Positions 1 through 11,839 of a stretch of 64,000 bases of DNA are shown here, piece by piece. Under the pieces are notes generated by a model that was not told the DNA's origin, searched no databases, and was given only the letters and a program-made list of their open reading frames with translations. Position 1 is the stretch's first letter. Each line of letters opens with the position of its first letter. A program made the translations under genes and the position numbers. This stretch comes from Isurus oxyrinchus (lineage: Eukaryota), in NCBI GenBank assembly GCA_026770705.1, contig JANJGN010000031.1, positions 10,540,001 to 10,604,000 on the forward strand. The letters are read 5' to 3'.

Positions 1-469
1 AAAGGGGAGGGGGGGGGGGAGGTAGGGAAGGGTGGGGGGGGGTGGGTGGGGGGGAAAGGGGGTTGGGGAAGGGAGGAGAGGAAAGAAAAAAAGGGGAGAT
101 GGGATGGGGATGGGATGGGGTAGGGAGGGGTGGGAAAACACAAAATTTCCGGCTGCTGAGGTGAAAATGAAGGGAAAAAGAGGCGATCGCAGTTTCAATG
201 GAACGTGTAGTTTCAATGGAACGTTGTGTTTCAGGCCCTTTGATACAAAGTATCCAAATTGTAACCAACGTCTCGATTCACAATTTCACCCGTCCGCTTC
301 CGCACTGCTGCTCTCCCCTCGCTTCATATTTAAAGCATTGCGTCCTCTTGGGGTATTTTTTTCTCTTCCTCCCTTTTAAATTGAAAATATATATTTTTAT
401 ATATATGTATATATCTGTGAAACTGAACTCCGAGCCCCGGAGAGGAAAGGGCGCGGATGTAGATTACAG

Positions 470-620
470 CAAGCAACCGAGCATGCGCACACGCACTCAC
501 TTCTCCTCCACTTACCTCCCCTCCCTCCCTCCCTGCAACTTTTAAAATGGCTCTACCCGCCCTCTCTTAAGGTGGCCTTGCATTGCCAGCGCCTCCGCCT
601 CTTTTGTGTATTTCCTGTGG
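470..620 (-). promoter_or_regulatory. GC-rich promoter and probable first exon of an unidentified minus-strand gene that continues off the left edge
   Basis: NRF1-like GCATGCGCA at 481-489; YY1-like GCCATTTT (minus) at 544-551; GC box near 557; consensus donor GAG|GTAAGT on minus with exon end at 516; CpG-rich context. Confidence 0.55.
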
Positions 621-1861
621 TGCATTTGTAGCCTGGACGTCAGAAAATATTCGGTTAAATGAATGCATTACAAGGCGCAATCAGAAAAGAGAAATTCAGC
701 CTGGTGTAAATTTTGGAATATGGGTACACAGGCTAACCATTTAAAAAAATATTCTGCACTCCCTCTCCTGGAAGAGCTTTGTTGGGGCGTGGTTTCACCC
801 CCCTAATGCCTCAACCAACTTGCCATTCCCTTTTTCTCAGGGAGCACATATAAAGTTTAAACCTTGTGCTTCTATTAATTTGCGGGCATCTCAGGTTCGC
901 TGGTGCCAGCGGATTCTGTTTTGATTTAGGATTTATCCACCCATGAGACAACAGCATTGAGAACGGGCCTGCCCAAAGCCCACGCAAGGACTGGGATACC
1001 TGGGCGTCAAGAGTCGTAATGCTGGAGCTCAGGGACCACAATTTGGACACCTCCCTCCCCCCTCGCCTCCGCCCCCGTCTTCAACTGCAAGCCCTGGCTG
1101 TTCAACCACAGGAGCTTCACAGCTGGAGCATTCACCTGATGGCCAAACAGGTACACTTTCCAGCAGGGGTCGCTGAAATTCAGTGGTGGGAATCCGGGTC
1201 AATTTTTTCCCCTGCCAATCAAGTGGAGTATTGGCCGTTTTGGAATTTGCACTCTGGAAATGTCTAATCCGATTTCAATTTGACCTTTTCCTTGGCAAGA
1301 TCTTGAAAGTGTGACTTAACTTCACCCCACCCCACCCTCGGTGCACTTCCTCCACTATATTTTATTTACATTGCCATTACCACAAATTTAATAAAGGAAC
1401 TTAGACCTTCGGAGACCCAGCTTGAGATACGTTGCAGCACTTTAAAACTCAGTTGAATTACAGGTTTGAAATCACTCCCAATGCAAATTTTTGAATACTG
1501 ACAGTTTTTCAGATGTGATTAGAAGCTGATTTACAATAACCGATGTTGGGGGTTAGTATTGATTAATATTGCAGCTGCACCGTAAATCTGTGATCAATGG
1601 TTTATATATTTTGTTTCAAGGTGACTTGTGAAACCTGCTCCCCGATAAAGGACCGTTGTCTGAACTGGGCGTGGTTCGACCAGACTGCAACAGCTCATTA
1701 TCCGCCCAGCTGCACATCGCACCCCGAGGGAGGGCATCCATGGCACTTCGGGGCCAATGGCAGAGATGGGCACACTTGGTGTGGGTCAACTTGCTGATGA
1801 GGGGAAGTGGGGTGGGGGGCGGTGGAGGTAAACAGTCAGTTTAGTAATGACCTCTGTAAAC

Positions 1862-1881
1862 CAGCACCCTCTAGGGGCACT
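1862..1881 (-). promoter_or_regulatory. Possible CTCF site (imperfect)
   Basis: Minus strand GCCCCTAGAGGGTGCTG has 2 mismatches to CCASYAGRKGGCRS. Confidence 0.3.
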
Positions 1882-2071
1882 AGGGAATATTTCATGGTCA
1901 TGAGAGAATAAGGAATTTGGAAACCTAAGGACAGAGTAAGTAAATGCACAATTTACTGTGTGGTATTGTGCTCTACATTTTGGTATGTGCCTTACTACGA
2001 ACATGCGAATTAGGAGCAGGAGATGGCCACTCGGCCCCTTGACCCTGCTCCGCCAATAAGATCATGACTGA

Positions 2072-4657
2072 TAAAAGCAAAAAACTGTGGATGCTGGAAA
2101 TCCAAAACAAAAATAAAAATACTTGGAAAAACTCAGCAGGTCTGAAAGCATCTGCAGAGAGGAACACAGTTAACGTTTCGAGTCCATATGACTCTTCAAC
2201 AGAACTAAGGAAAAATAGAAAAGAGGTAAAATATAACTGGTTTAAGGGGAGTGGGACAAGTAGAGCTGGATAGAGGGCCAGTGATAGGTGGAGATTGCCA
2301 AAATATGTCATAGTCAAAAGGACAAAGAGGTGTTGAAGGTGGTGATATTATCTAAGGAATGTGCTAATAGGTGACATTAAGGGTAGAAAGCAGGATGAGC
2401 AAGGTACAGATAGCCCTAGCTGGGATGGGGGGAAGGGATCAAAATAGGGTAAAAGGTAGAGATAAAATGATGAATGGAAATACATTTAAAAATAATGGAA
2501 ATAGGTGGGAAAAGAAAAATCTATATAAATTATTGGAAGAAAGGGGGGATCGGAAAGGCGATGGGGATAGAAGAGAGAGTTCATGATCTAAAATTGTTGA
2601 ACTCAATATTCAGTCTGGAAGGCTGTAAAGTGCCTAGTCGGAAGATGAGGTGCTGTTCCTCCAGTTTGCGTTGAGCTTCACTGGAACATTGCAGCGGGCC
2701 AAGGACGGACATGTGAGCATGAGAGCAGGGTGGGGTGTTGAAATGGCAAGCGACAGGGAGGTCTGGGTCATGCTGGTGGACAGACCGAAGGTGTTCTGCA
2801 AAGCAGTCACCCAGTCTGCGTTTGGTCTCTCCAGTGTAGAGGAAACCGCATTGAGAGCAGCGAATGCAGTAGACTAAGTTGAAGGAAATGCAAGTGAAAT
2901 GCTGCTTGAAAGGAGTGATTGGGCCCTTGGACGGTGAGGAGAGGGGAAGTAAAGGGTCAGGTGTTGCACCTTCTGCGGTTGCATGGGAAGGTGCTGTGGG
3001 AGGGGGTTGAGATGTAGGGAGTGATGGAGGAGTAGACCAGGGTGTCACGGAGGGAATGATCCCTGTGGAATGCTACCAGTAGGGGAGGGGGGTGATTGGA
3101 AGATGTGGTTGGTGGTGGCATCATGCTGGAGTTGGCGGAAATGGCGGAGGATGATCCTTTGAATGCGGAGGCTGGTGGGGTGATAAGTGAGGACAAGGGG
3201 GACCCTATCATGGTTCTGGGAGGGAGAGGAAGGTGTGAGGGTGGATGCGCAGGAGATGGGCCAGACACGGTTGAGGGCCCTGTCAACCACCGTAGGTGGA
3301 AAACCTCGGTTAAGGAAGAAGGAGGACATGTCAGAGGAACTGTTTTTGAAAATGGCATCATCAGAACAGATGCGACGGAGGTGAAGGAACTGAGAGAATG
3401 GGATGGAGTCCTTACAGGAAGCGGGGTGTGAGGAGCTGTAGTCAAGGTAGCTGTGGGAGTTGATAGGGTTGTAATGAATATTGGTGGACAGTCTATCACC
3501 AGAAATTGAGACAGAGAGGTCAAGGAAGGGAAGAGAAATGTCAGAGATGGACCATGTGAAAATGATGGAGGGGTGGAAATTGGAAGCAAAATTAATAAAT
3601 TTTTCCAGGTCTAGATGAGAGCATGAAGCAGCACCGAAGTAATCATCAATGTACCGGAGAAAGAGTTGTGGGAGGGGGCCGGAGTAGGAATGGAACAAGG
3701 GATGTTCCACATACCCCATAAAGAGACAGGCATAGCTGGGGCCCATGCGGGTACCCATAGCCACACCTTTTATTTGGAGGAAGTGAGAGGAGTTTAAGGA
3801 GAAATGAAATTGTTCAGTGAGAGAACAAGTTCAGCCAGATGGAGGAGAGTAGTGGTGGATGGGGATTGTTCAGGCCTCAGGCCTCTGTTCGAGGAAGAAG
3901 CGGAGAGCCCTTAGACCATCCCGGTGGGGGATGGAGGTGTAGAGGGATTGGATGTCATGGTGAAGAGGAGGCGGTTGGGGCCGGGGAACTGGAAATTGTT
4001 GATTTGATGTAGGGTGTCAGAGGAATCATGGATGTAGGTGGGAAGGGACTGGACAAGGGGAGAGAGAATGGAGTCAAGATAGCGAGAAATGAGTTCCGTG
4101 GGGCAGGAACAGGCTGTCACTATCGGTCTGCCAGGACAGTCCTGTTTGGGTAGGAGGTAGAAGCGGGCCGTCCGAGGTTGGGAGACTATGAGGTTGGAAG
4201 CTGTGGGAGGAAGATCCCCAGAGGAGATGAGGTCAGTAACTGTCCTAGAAACAATGGCTTGATGTTCAGTGGTGGGGTCATGGTCCAGGGAGAGGTAGGA
4301 GAAAGTGTCTGCGAGTTGACGCTCAGCCTCTGCGAGGTAGAGGTCAGTGCACCAGACAACAACAGCTCCACCCTTGTCAGCGGGTTTGATGACAATGTCA
4401 GGGTTGGACCTGAGAGAACAGAGTGCAGCAAGTTCAGAGAGAGACAGGTTAGATTGGGTGAGAGGAGCAGAGAAATTGAGACGACTAATGTCACGCCGAC
4501 AGTTCTCAATGAAAAGATCAAGAGAAGGTAAGAATCCAGAGGGAGGGGTCCAGGTAGAGGGAGAATATGAAGGCAGGTAAAAGGATCTGTTGAACGGGGA
4601 GAGGACTCCTGCCCAAAGAAGTGAGCACGGAGATGAAGGCGGCGGAAGAAGAGCCAA
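2072..4657 (-). mobile_element. Penelope-like retroelement (RT + GIY-YIG), 5'-truncated and frameshifted
   Basis: ORF pieces IKPADKGGAVVVW, GTRMGPSYACLFMG, LRYIDD, and YCIRCSQCGFLYTGETKRRLGDCFAEH (GIY-YIG); homologous to 44371-47748. Confidence 0.93.
2167..2207 (-). ncRNA. Minimal type I hammerhead-ribozyme-like motif at the Penelope 3' end (variant core CUGUUGA)
   Basis: Minus reads TAGTT-CTGTTGA-A-GAGTC-ATATG-GACTC-GAAACGTT-AACTG: stem I TAGTT/AACTG, stem II GAGTC/GACTC, palindromic AACGTT in place of stem III. Confidence 0.65.
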
Positions 4658-4659
4658 AG

Positions 4660-6136
4660 TGAATCATGGCAAGAAGGAAGCCATGTTCTTTGGGAACTGG
4701 GCTGACCGATCCTTTGTCCCCTTCACCGTCAGATCAGACAAGCTGAAGGTGCAGCTGGTGTGGTGTGGAGGGGCAGGGGGTGTGGTTTGTAGGGGCAGGG
4801 GCGTGTACCAAAAACTGGAAGGAGCGTATAGGCAAGGTGAAACAGAAAGTAGGCATGTGGGAGCGACTCTCCCTCTCCGTTGCAGGGAAGAACCTGGTCA
4901 TCAGGTGTGAGGTGCTCTCAATATTGCAGGTTGGACTCATATATTGCTCCTGCACTACGGTGGTCACCGGATGGTGATGAAGATGACTCCATCTTCCACT
5001 TTATCTGGAGATCAAAAATAGGCCATGTCCATAGGGGCACATGTGCGTTCCTCTAGGTAACGGGATTGAGAACGTAACCAACACCACCCTCAGCCTGATG
5101 GCCGCCATTGCATGTGGCTGCATCAAGCTGTGTGTAGACCTTCAGTACACGAACACCAAGCATCACTATGTGTTGAGGTTCCACCTGTCCCTGGTATTGT
5201 CTAGGGTGGGTCTGGCCACATTGCCACAGGACATTCCATTCAGTTGGACATGCTGTACTACCTGTCCCTTATGGAAAAGTTTATGCAAAAAACATCTTTG
5301 ACCACAAGTCCATCAGGCAGTGGTCGACACATAAAATCCTCAAGGCCCTGCAGGAAAAGGAGAGGGTGGATCCTTTCGTTCCTTGAGCAGACTGTCAAAG
5401 TCATTTGGCAGAATGCTTCATCACCAGAACTTTCAAACAAGCACCAAGATGCATCTTGGCTGGTGGTGAGAAGGTCCCACCCCATCAGATCTTTCTTGCA
5501 TGCCCAGAGTCTCACTCCCTCTGCATGCTGCCCTCAGGGTGGCTGAGATGGGGAAGAGTCTCTTCTGAAATGTACCTTTGTAAAGCAGGTCTGGAAAGAG
5601 AACGATTTCTTTCAAGGTTCATCCCGAGCAGCTCGGTGTGTGTCCCTGAGAACAGCCCATTGAGACAACGAGATAAACAACAACTGCAGCCGGAGGACCA
5701 TAAACTCAGTGAAAGACGCTCTTTGGTATGCCTGAAATGTATTGATCTTTCAGTGCAAAGAACTGTCAGTGACTGAGTGTTGCAGACTGGCATATTCCAA
5801 GGTCCAGGGCTATGTGCTGAGGGATACACTATACCCTGGTACAGCCACTGCAAAGGCTCAATGGGAAAAGGCCACTGTCTAAGGACTTCCTGCCATAGTA
5901 TACTGAGGGGCTGGAAATAGTTTAAAACCCTTCAGGCTGTATGCACTGGAGAATGTTTGACATGAAATGTAAATGTATATTGTAAATATAATTTGTAATG
6001 GCAAGTGTAATGAGGCACCTTATAATAATATAATGAAAGAAATTGATCGGTGTTGCACTTTATGTAATGTCAAATTTGAACTATTTTGTAATGCGCTATT
6101 ACAAATTTTATGAATAAAGTATTTTTTGGAAAAAAA
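4660..6136 (+). mobile_element. Tx1/L1-clade LINE 3' fragment (degraded ORF2 C-terminus, 3'UTR, poly(A))
   Basis: NWKERIGKVKQKVGMWERLSLSVAGKNLVIRCEVLS and WQNASSPELSNKHQD motifs; AATAAA at 6113-6118 followed by an A run at 6130-6136. Confidence 0.8.
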
Positions 6137-6318
6137 TTAACTATTATAGAATCATATCCCTAATTGGATGAATCTTGACTGCGGTACTTAGGTACAGTAG
6201 GGTTGTGGTTAAGCTACTGCACTAATAATACGGAGAATGTAAGATCAATTTCAATCAGGATAGTTTGTGAATGTGAATTTAAAAGTTTATAAGAAATTTA
6301 CTAGAAGTAAAAGATTGG

Positions 6319-7436
6319 TATCAGTAAAAGTGACCATGAAGCAATTGGATGTTATAAAAACTCAACTGGTGTGCTAATTGTAGTATAAGGGTCTAGCACA
6401 TATCGGATTAATGTGGGACTGAATACAGTACCAGCCACACAGTACTGTAAGAGAACACGTGACCCACACCTAGGGATCAGTCTAGTGTTGGACAGAGCCG
6501 TGTGCACAAGCGAGCATGGAGACAGCTCCTAACTTGAACCCTTTACTGTACCTATGTATATGTAGTAAATAAATAAATACATACAGTTAACCTACTTAAA
6601 ACAACGAAGATTTCCTTAAGATCTACCAAACTCTCTCAACCCTACAACCTTCCTTCTTTTGGGAAGGAAACCTGCCATCCTTACTTTAAATGGTTCACTT
6701 ACAGTGCAATGGATAAAAGTTGGGATCACCCCTTTGACTGGAGTGGGCCACAGTCATGTTATCATCCACTTTGTATTTGAGTTGAATCATTCAGGGGGGA
6801 TCAGCAAGGTTGCATTCCTTTGTTCTAAAAAGCTGCTGAACAATTTTTTATTTGTAATCTGTTGACCTGCTGTATATTTAAATAGTGGAAAAAAAACACG
6901 TCTTTATTAGCAGAAGTAAATAATTCCATTTGGGCCTTTATATAACTCCATTACCAAACCAAATGTGACCCAGCAAGGTACTCAGAGGGCACTTCAGTGT
7001 TAACCATGTATGGCCCTGAGGAGTGGCTCAGCTCAATTTAAGGTGGGTAATAATTTCTGGCTGTACCACTTGCCGAGAATGAATTTGAAAATAAGTCAAA
7101 ACGGTGTTTCCCTACCAAAATAGCATTTGGTTGGTCTTAATGAAGTCTCCTTAGTCTTAAGTAGGTTAACTGTATGTATTTATTTACTACATATACATAG
7201 GTACGGTAAAGGGTTCAAGTTAGGAGGTGTCTCCATGCTTGCTTGTGCACACGGCTCTGTCTAACACTAGACTGACCCCTAGGTGTGGGTCACGTGTTCT
7301 CTTACAGTACTGTGTGGCTGGTACTGTACTCAGTCCCACGTTAATCCTATATGTGCCAGACCCTTATACTGCAATTAGCAAACCAGTTGGGTTTTTATGA
7401 CACCCAACTGCTTCATGGTCACTTTTATGCCTGATA
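6319..7436. repeat. Inverted duplication, arms ~6319-6630 and ~7126-7436, spacer ~500 bp
   Basis: The reverse complement of 7126-7436 aligns by eye with high identity to 6319-6630, including the SINE/LTR junction. Confidence 0.9.
6379..6646. mobile_element. Putative solo LTR inserted in a SINE
   Basis: Starts TGTAG and ends CTACA; internal AATAAA; interrupts a SINE-like sequence that resumes at ~6655; no clear TSD. Confidence 0.5.
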
Positions 7437-8329
7437 TTTTTAGAACTAATAGAAAGAGTTAAAAGAAAAAGAAACTTAAGCACACTGTTCTTAAAACGGT
7501 TCTGGTTTCTCTATGGGGTTATTTATAGTATTGTGTTTTAATCCCCCGTGACCCAATGGGTGCTTTATCAATGCAAGTTCTGGTTTCACAACACTAAAAA
7601 ATTAACGAGATTTAGGAACTGCAGAACTGTTTCCAGTGATTGAACTCAGTGATGGGGAAAAAGCAGATGGATTTATGAATCCAGACTTTAGCCAGCGCTG
7701 GTTTATGTTCCACTCGCTGCTGAATGTGCTGGGCATCTTTTAAGGTCCATCAACTTAAACTACTCATTGCATTGTACTAGATTAATCAACAGGATTGGGA
7801 GTTGCCCAAGGGAGTTTGGTGACAGGTGGAGCAGGAAAATGGAATTGGGCTCTGAGATGGGTCAGACATGGATTGATAGGGATAATCCCACTGAAGAGTA
7901 GGAAAAGGAGAGAAGGGATAGTAACGCTGAAGTGTGGGGAACTGGATATTAACAGTGGAAGGTTGGAGATGGAGGGAAAAATACACAAGTTACTGAGAAG
8001 CCTGTATAATTGCTCTTAAGCTGTCAGAGCCTTGGGAGAGGATCTCTCACAGAGATCACTAGCAAACGCTATGTTCCAGGTAGGTTCTGACTAACTCTAG
8101 GTGCTGTCCTAGCAGAGATCAAGTAACTCGAACATGACCTGGGGGAATGGAATCTGGGACTTTCTGGCCTCCATTCCTTAACAGTACACAGCTTAGTACA
8201 TTTACAGAAGTTGCTCACAGTGCTGTCGACCCTGCAGCCTTAGTTACTTCTGCAGATATGAAAGAGTAACAGAAGGTTATAAAGAGCATTCATTTTTAGT
8301 ATCAGTGACGTTCATTTTCATCACCTGAC

Positions 8330-8575
8330 TTTTAATGGCTGTGCCTTTAGTCACTTAGGCCCTAAGCTCTGAAACACTTCCCTAAACCTGTCCATCTCTC
8401 CCTCTCTCTCTTCCTTTTAAGATGCTGCTTTAAACCTACCTCATAGTCCAAGCTTTTCTATTTCCTTGACCTAATATCTCCCCTATGTGGCTTGGTGTCA
8501 GGTTTTGTTTGATGATGCTCCTGTGAAGAGCCTTTGTATGTTAAAAGTGCTATATAAATGCAAGTTGTTGTTTTG
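8330..8575 (+). mobile_element. L2-type LINE/SINE 3' end
   Basis: Ends in GCTATATAAATGCAAGTTGTTGTT; reverse-orientation copies of the same tail at ~14090, ~20450 and ~25700. Confidence 0.6.
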
Positions 8576-8861
8576 CTTTTTTTCCTCCTCTGAGGTAGTT
8601 GGGGATGGGGCTGGGAGGGAAGAGGGTACATAAATACTTGAAGAGTAAAATTTTTCAGGGAATTGGGCAAAGTGTAATGGAGTGGAACTAATTGGATAAC
8701 TCTTGCAAAGAACCTGCACAGGCCCAATGGGCTGAATGGCTTTCTTCAGTGCTGTAAGATTCTAAGATTCCAATTTCTATTCCTGGTTGGCTGCCTATGT
8801 CCCACAGGCCTCTCTCACCCTCTTCTGGAATCATTGAATTTTTGCAGAATTCGTAGAATTT

Positions 8862-10845
8862 TTAAGTAAGGTCCCAGAATTGCACACAATACTCCAGGTG
8901 TGGTCTCACCAATGCCCTGTACAGTTGTAGCAAGACTTCCCTACTTTTATACTCCATTCCCCTTGCAATAAAGGCCAACATTCCATTTGCCTTCCTAAAT
9001 ACTTGCTGTACCTGAATGCTAACTTATTGTGACTCATGTACAAGGACACCCAGATCCCACTGTCCTGCAGCATTCTGTGGTCTCTATTTAAATAATATTC
9101 TGCTTTTCTATTCTTCCTGCCAAAATGGACAACCTCACATTATACTCCATCTGCCAAATTTTTGTTCACTCATTTAACCTATCAAATATCTTTGCAGACT
9201 CTGTGTCACCCTCACACCTTGCTTTCCTACCTATCTTTGCATTGTCAGCAAATTTAGCCACCAACTTGGTCCCTTCATCCAAGTTATTAACAGAGGTTGC
9301 AAATAGCTGAGGCCCCAGCACTGAGCCCTGTGTCACTTTGTGTCACAGCTTTCCAACTTGAAAGATGATCCACTTATGCTGACTCTTCGTTTCCTGTTAG
9401 TTAGCCAATCCTCTATCCATGCGAATATATTACCCCAAACACCTTATGCGGCATCTTATCGAATCCCTTTTGGAAATCCAAATACACAACATCTGCTGAT
9501 TCCCCTTTCTCCACCCGGCTTCTTACATCCTCAAAGAACTCTGGAAAATTTGTCAAACATGAGTTCCCTTACATAAAATCATGTTGACTATACCTGCAGA
9601 AGGTTCCCTTTGCTGTTTCCTGGGATGATGGGTTTGCCTTATGAGGAAAGGTTGAGCGTGTTGACCCATGAACATTGGAGTTTAGAAGAATGAGAGGTGG
9701 GGTTACATTTTACCTGCCCCTGTTGGGCATGCTTTCAGTAGGAGGGCATGTAAAATTGGGTGGGTGCCCTCCCCCACCACCTTGCCACCCACCCCTGAGC
9801 TCACCCCCATAATATGGAGGGAAGCGCGGGTGCCAAACCAAGCAGCCCGCCTGCCATATTTAAATAAATAATCAGGGTCAATTGAGCTTGTAATGAGCCA
9901 ATTGATCCCGTGATACACTGTCCAAGCCATAAAAAGGTTAACATGGACAGTTGGGTGGGAGTGGACAGGCTGCATTTAAAAAATTTTTTGCAAAGGGCAA
10001 GAAGGAAGGGTGATACTATCTTTGGGGGTGCCCTTTGCGCTTCGGGGAGCAGCCACCAGAAGACAGTACCCCTGCCTTTCTTCCTACCCTTCTGCTCTTT
10101 AAATTAAATGACCGCCAACCCCCTCCCTAAACTGTCCAAACCCTCCCCATCCAGGGTCCCGGACTTAGCTGGCTCCAGGATCCATGGGCCTTCTTCTTGG
10201 GCCTGCTTGCAGTCCTGGTAGTGCCCACTAATGTGCTCTTGGCACTGCCAAGACTAGTGAGTCAACTGGATTAGCCAGCAGCTCCCGAGGGCAGGACTTC
10301 CTCCCCAGTGAGGGGCGGAAGTCCCACAATACCCCAGTTTCGCCCACCCGCGGCACATTATGGCTGCGTGGTGGGCTGGCGTGGAGCGGGTCAGCGCTAT
10401 GTTGACTTTGTTTCTAGGAGTGAGGGGGGTGGGGAGGTGCATGAGCTGTCCACCCCACGTAATATGCTGTCCATGATCTTACTGAAGCATGTAAGATTCT
10501 GGGGGGGCTTGAGCGGGTAGATGCTAAAATGTTTTCCCCTGTGGGGGAATATAGAACCTGGGGGACACAGTTTCAAAGTAAGGGTCTTTCAATTAAGACT
10601 AAGATGAGGAGGTATTTCTTGTCTTAGATGACCTTTGGAATTCTCTTCCCCTGTGAGCAGTGGGGACTGGGTCATTGAATTTATTCAAGGCTGAGTTTTT
10701 TGATCTAGATGGTAGTTAAGAGCTATGGGGCATTGGCAGGAAAGTGGATTTAAGGCCACAGCTATATCAGCCATGATCTTATTGAATGCCGGCGCATGCT
10801 CAAAGGGCAGAATGGCCTATTTCTGCTCCTATTTATGTGATATGT
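8862..10845 (+). mobile_element. CR1 LINE with an inverted 5' part (8862-~9595 minus; ~9595-10845 plus), interrupted by a MITE
   Basis: Both parts are homologous to the CR1 at 53855-55095; CR1 tail AATGGCCTATTTCTGCTCCTAT at ~10811. Confidence 0.8.
9700..10473. mobile_element. Non-autonomous DNA transposon (Harbinger-like MITE) nested in the CR1
   Basis: CR1 stops at GAATGAGAGGTG (9699) and resumes at TGATCTTACTGAA (~10475); degenerate TIRs GGGTTACATTTTAC and revcomp GGACAGCATATTAC; GCCATATTTAAA motif shared with the 48220 element. Confidence 0.6.
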
Positions 10846-10934
10846 TACTTAGACCATGGAGAGATAAGAAAGGGAAAGAGCGGAAAATACCTGAAGATGT
10901 AGGTCTGAGCATCAAAGAGAAAGAGAAAAATAGA

Positions 10935-11340
10935 AAGCGTTTGCATTTCTATGGCGCCTCTAAGTTCCAAAGGGCTTTACAGCCGATGAAGTACTTTTTG
11001 AAGTGTAGTCACTGCTCTCATGTAGAAAATGCAGCAGTCAATTTGCGCACAGAGAGATTCCACACTTAGATAATAATCATTTTATCTTTCTTAGGTGTTA
11101 GTTGAGAGATACATATTGGGCAGGACACTCAAGAGAATTTCCCTGCCCTTCTTCAAAGGGCACTGTGAGGCCTTTAAAAACCATCAAAAGCTGGTTCCTT
11201 TAACAGTACAACTCTCTCTCTCAGTGCTGCACCAGCCAAGGTTTTGTGCTTGTTTCTGGAGTGGAACTGGAACAGGAATGCATAGCCTTCTGACACACAG
11301 ACGAGAGTGCTATCACAGAGCCAAGGAAACACCTGCAACA
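10935..11340 (-). mobile_element. DeuSINE-type SINE
   Basis: Core TGAAGTGTAGTCACTG...AATTTGCGCACAG; related copies at ~11840-12140, ~13570-13840, ~58765-59150 (minus) and ~18480-18760, ~40580-40970 (plus). Confidence 0.7.
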
Positions 11341-11839
11341 CTGTAAATGTGACATTCACAGACACACACTGTAGCTCTGTGATGAAATGCTCTTTGTTAA
11401 CAACAAACAGCTATTTTAATTTTATTTTATAGAAGTAATTATTATATTTAGTTTGTTGGTTATTAGTATTAGTTATTAAATGAGGTTTGAGCATTCTTTT
11501 AATATTTCACCCATAGGATTATTTCACCATCTGGTCATGACTGAAGGTGCAATCAGGTTCAATTTGGGCAAGACACACAGTGACTAGTGGCTCAAGTGCA
11601 GGGGTTCTCTTCCTGGGGTATCACTGGACCACACAGAGCTGGAAAGTTATAAGTCTCTTTCCCTAGCCTATGATTAACTGATCTGAGCTATCAGAAAGGC
11701 AGTGGTCATGGTGCCAGAATCCCTGCTGGATAGGTCATTGCTTGAGGCTTGGCTGTGATGTTCCTGACAACACCCACTAGGCTGAAACATAGAGAACAGC
11801 CAGTTGGCCAAGATATCAATGAGAGAGAATAAAAGAAAA

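Noticed and set aside
192-224. 18-bp direct repeat GTTTCAATGGAACGT resembling a CRISPR repeat start
   Set aside because: Only two adjacent copies, no spacers, eukaryotic context.
32-545. Plus-strand ORFs of 115 aa at the window start
   Set aside because: Low-complexity translations of G-rich promoter/intron sequence with non-ATG or weak starts and no domain.
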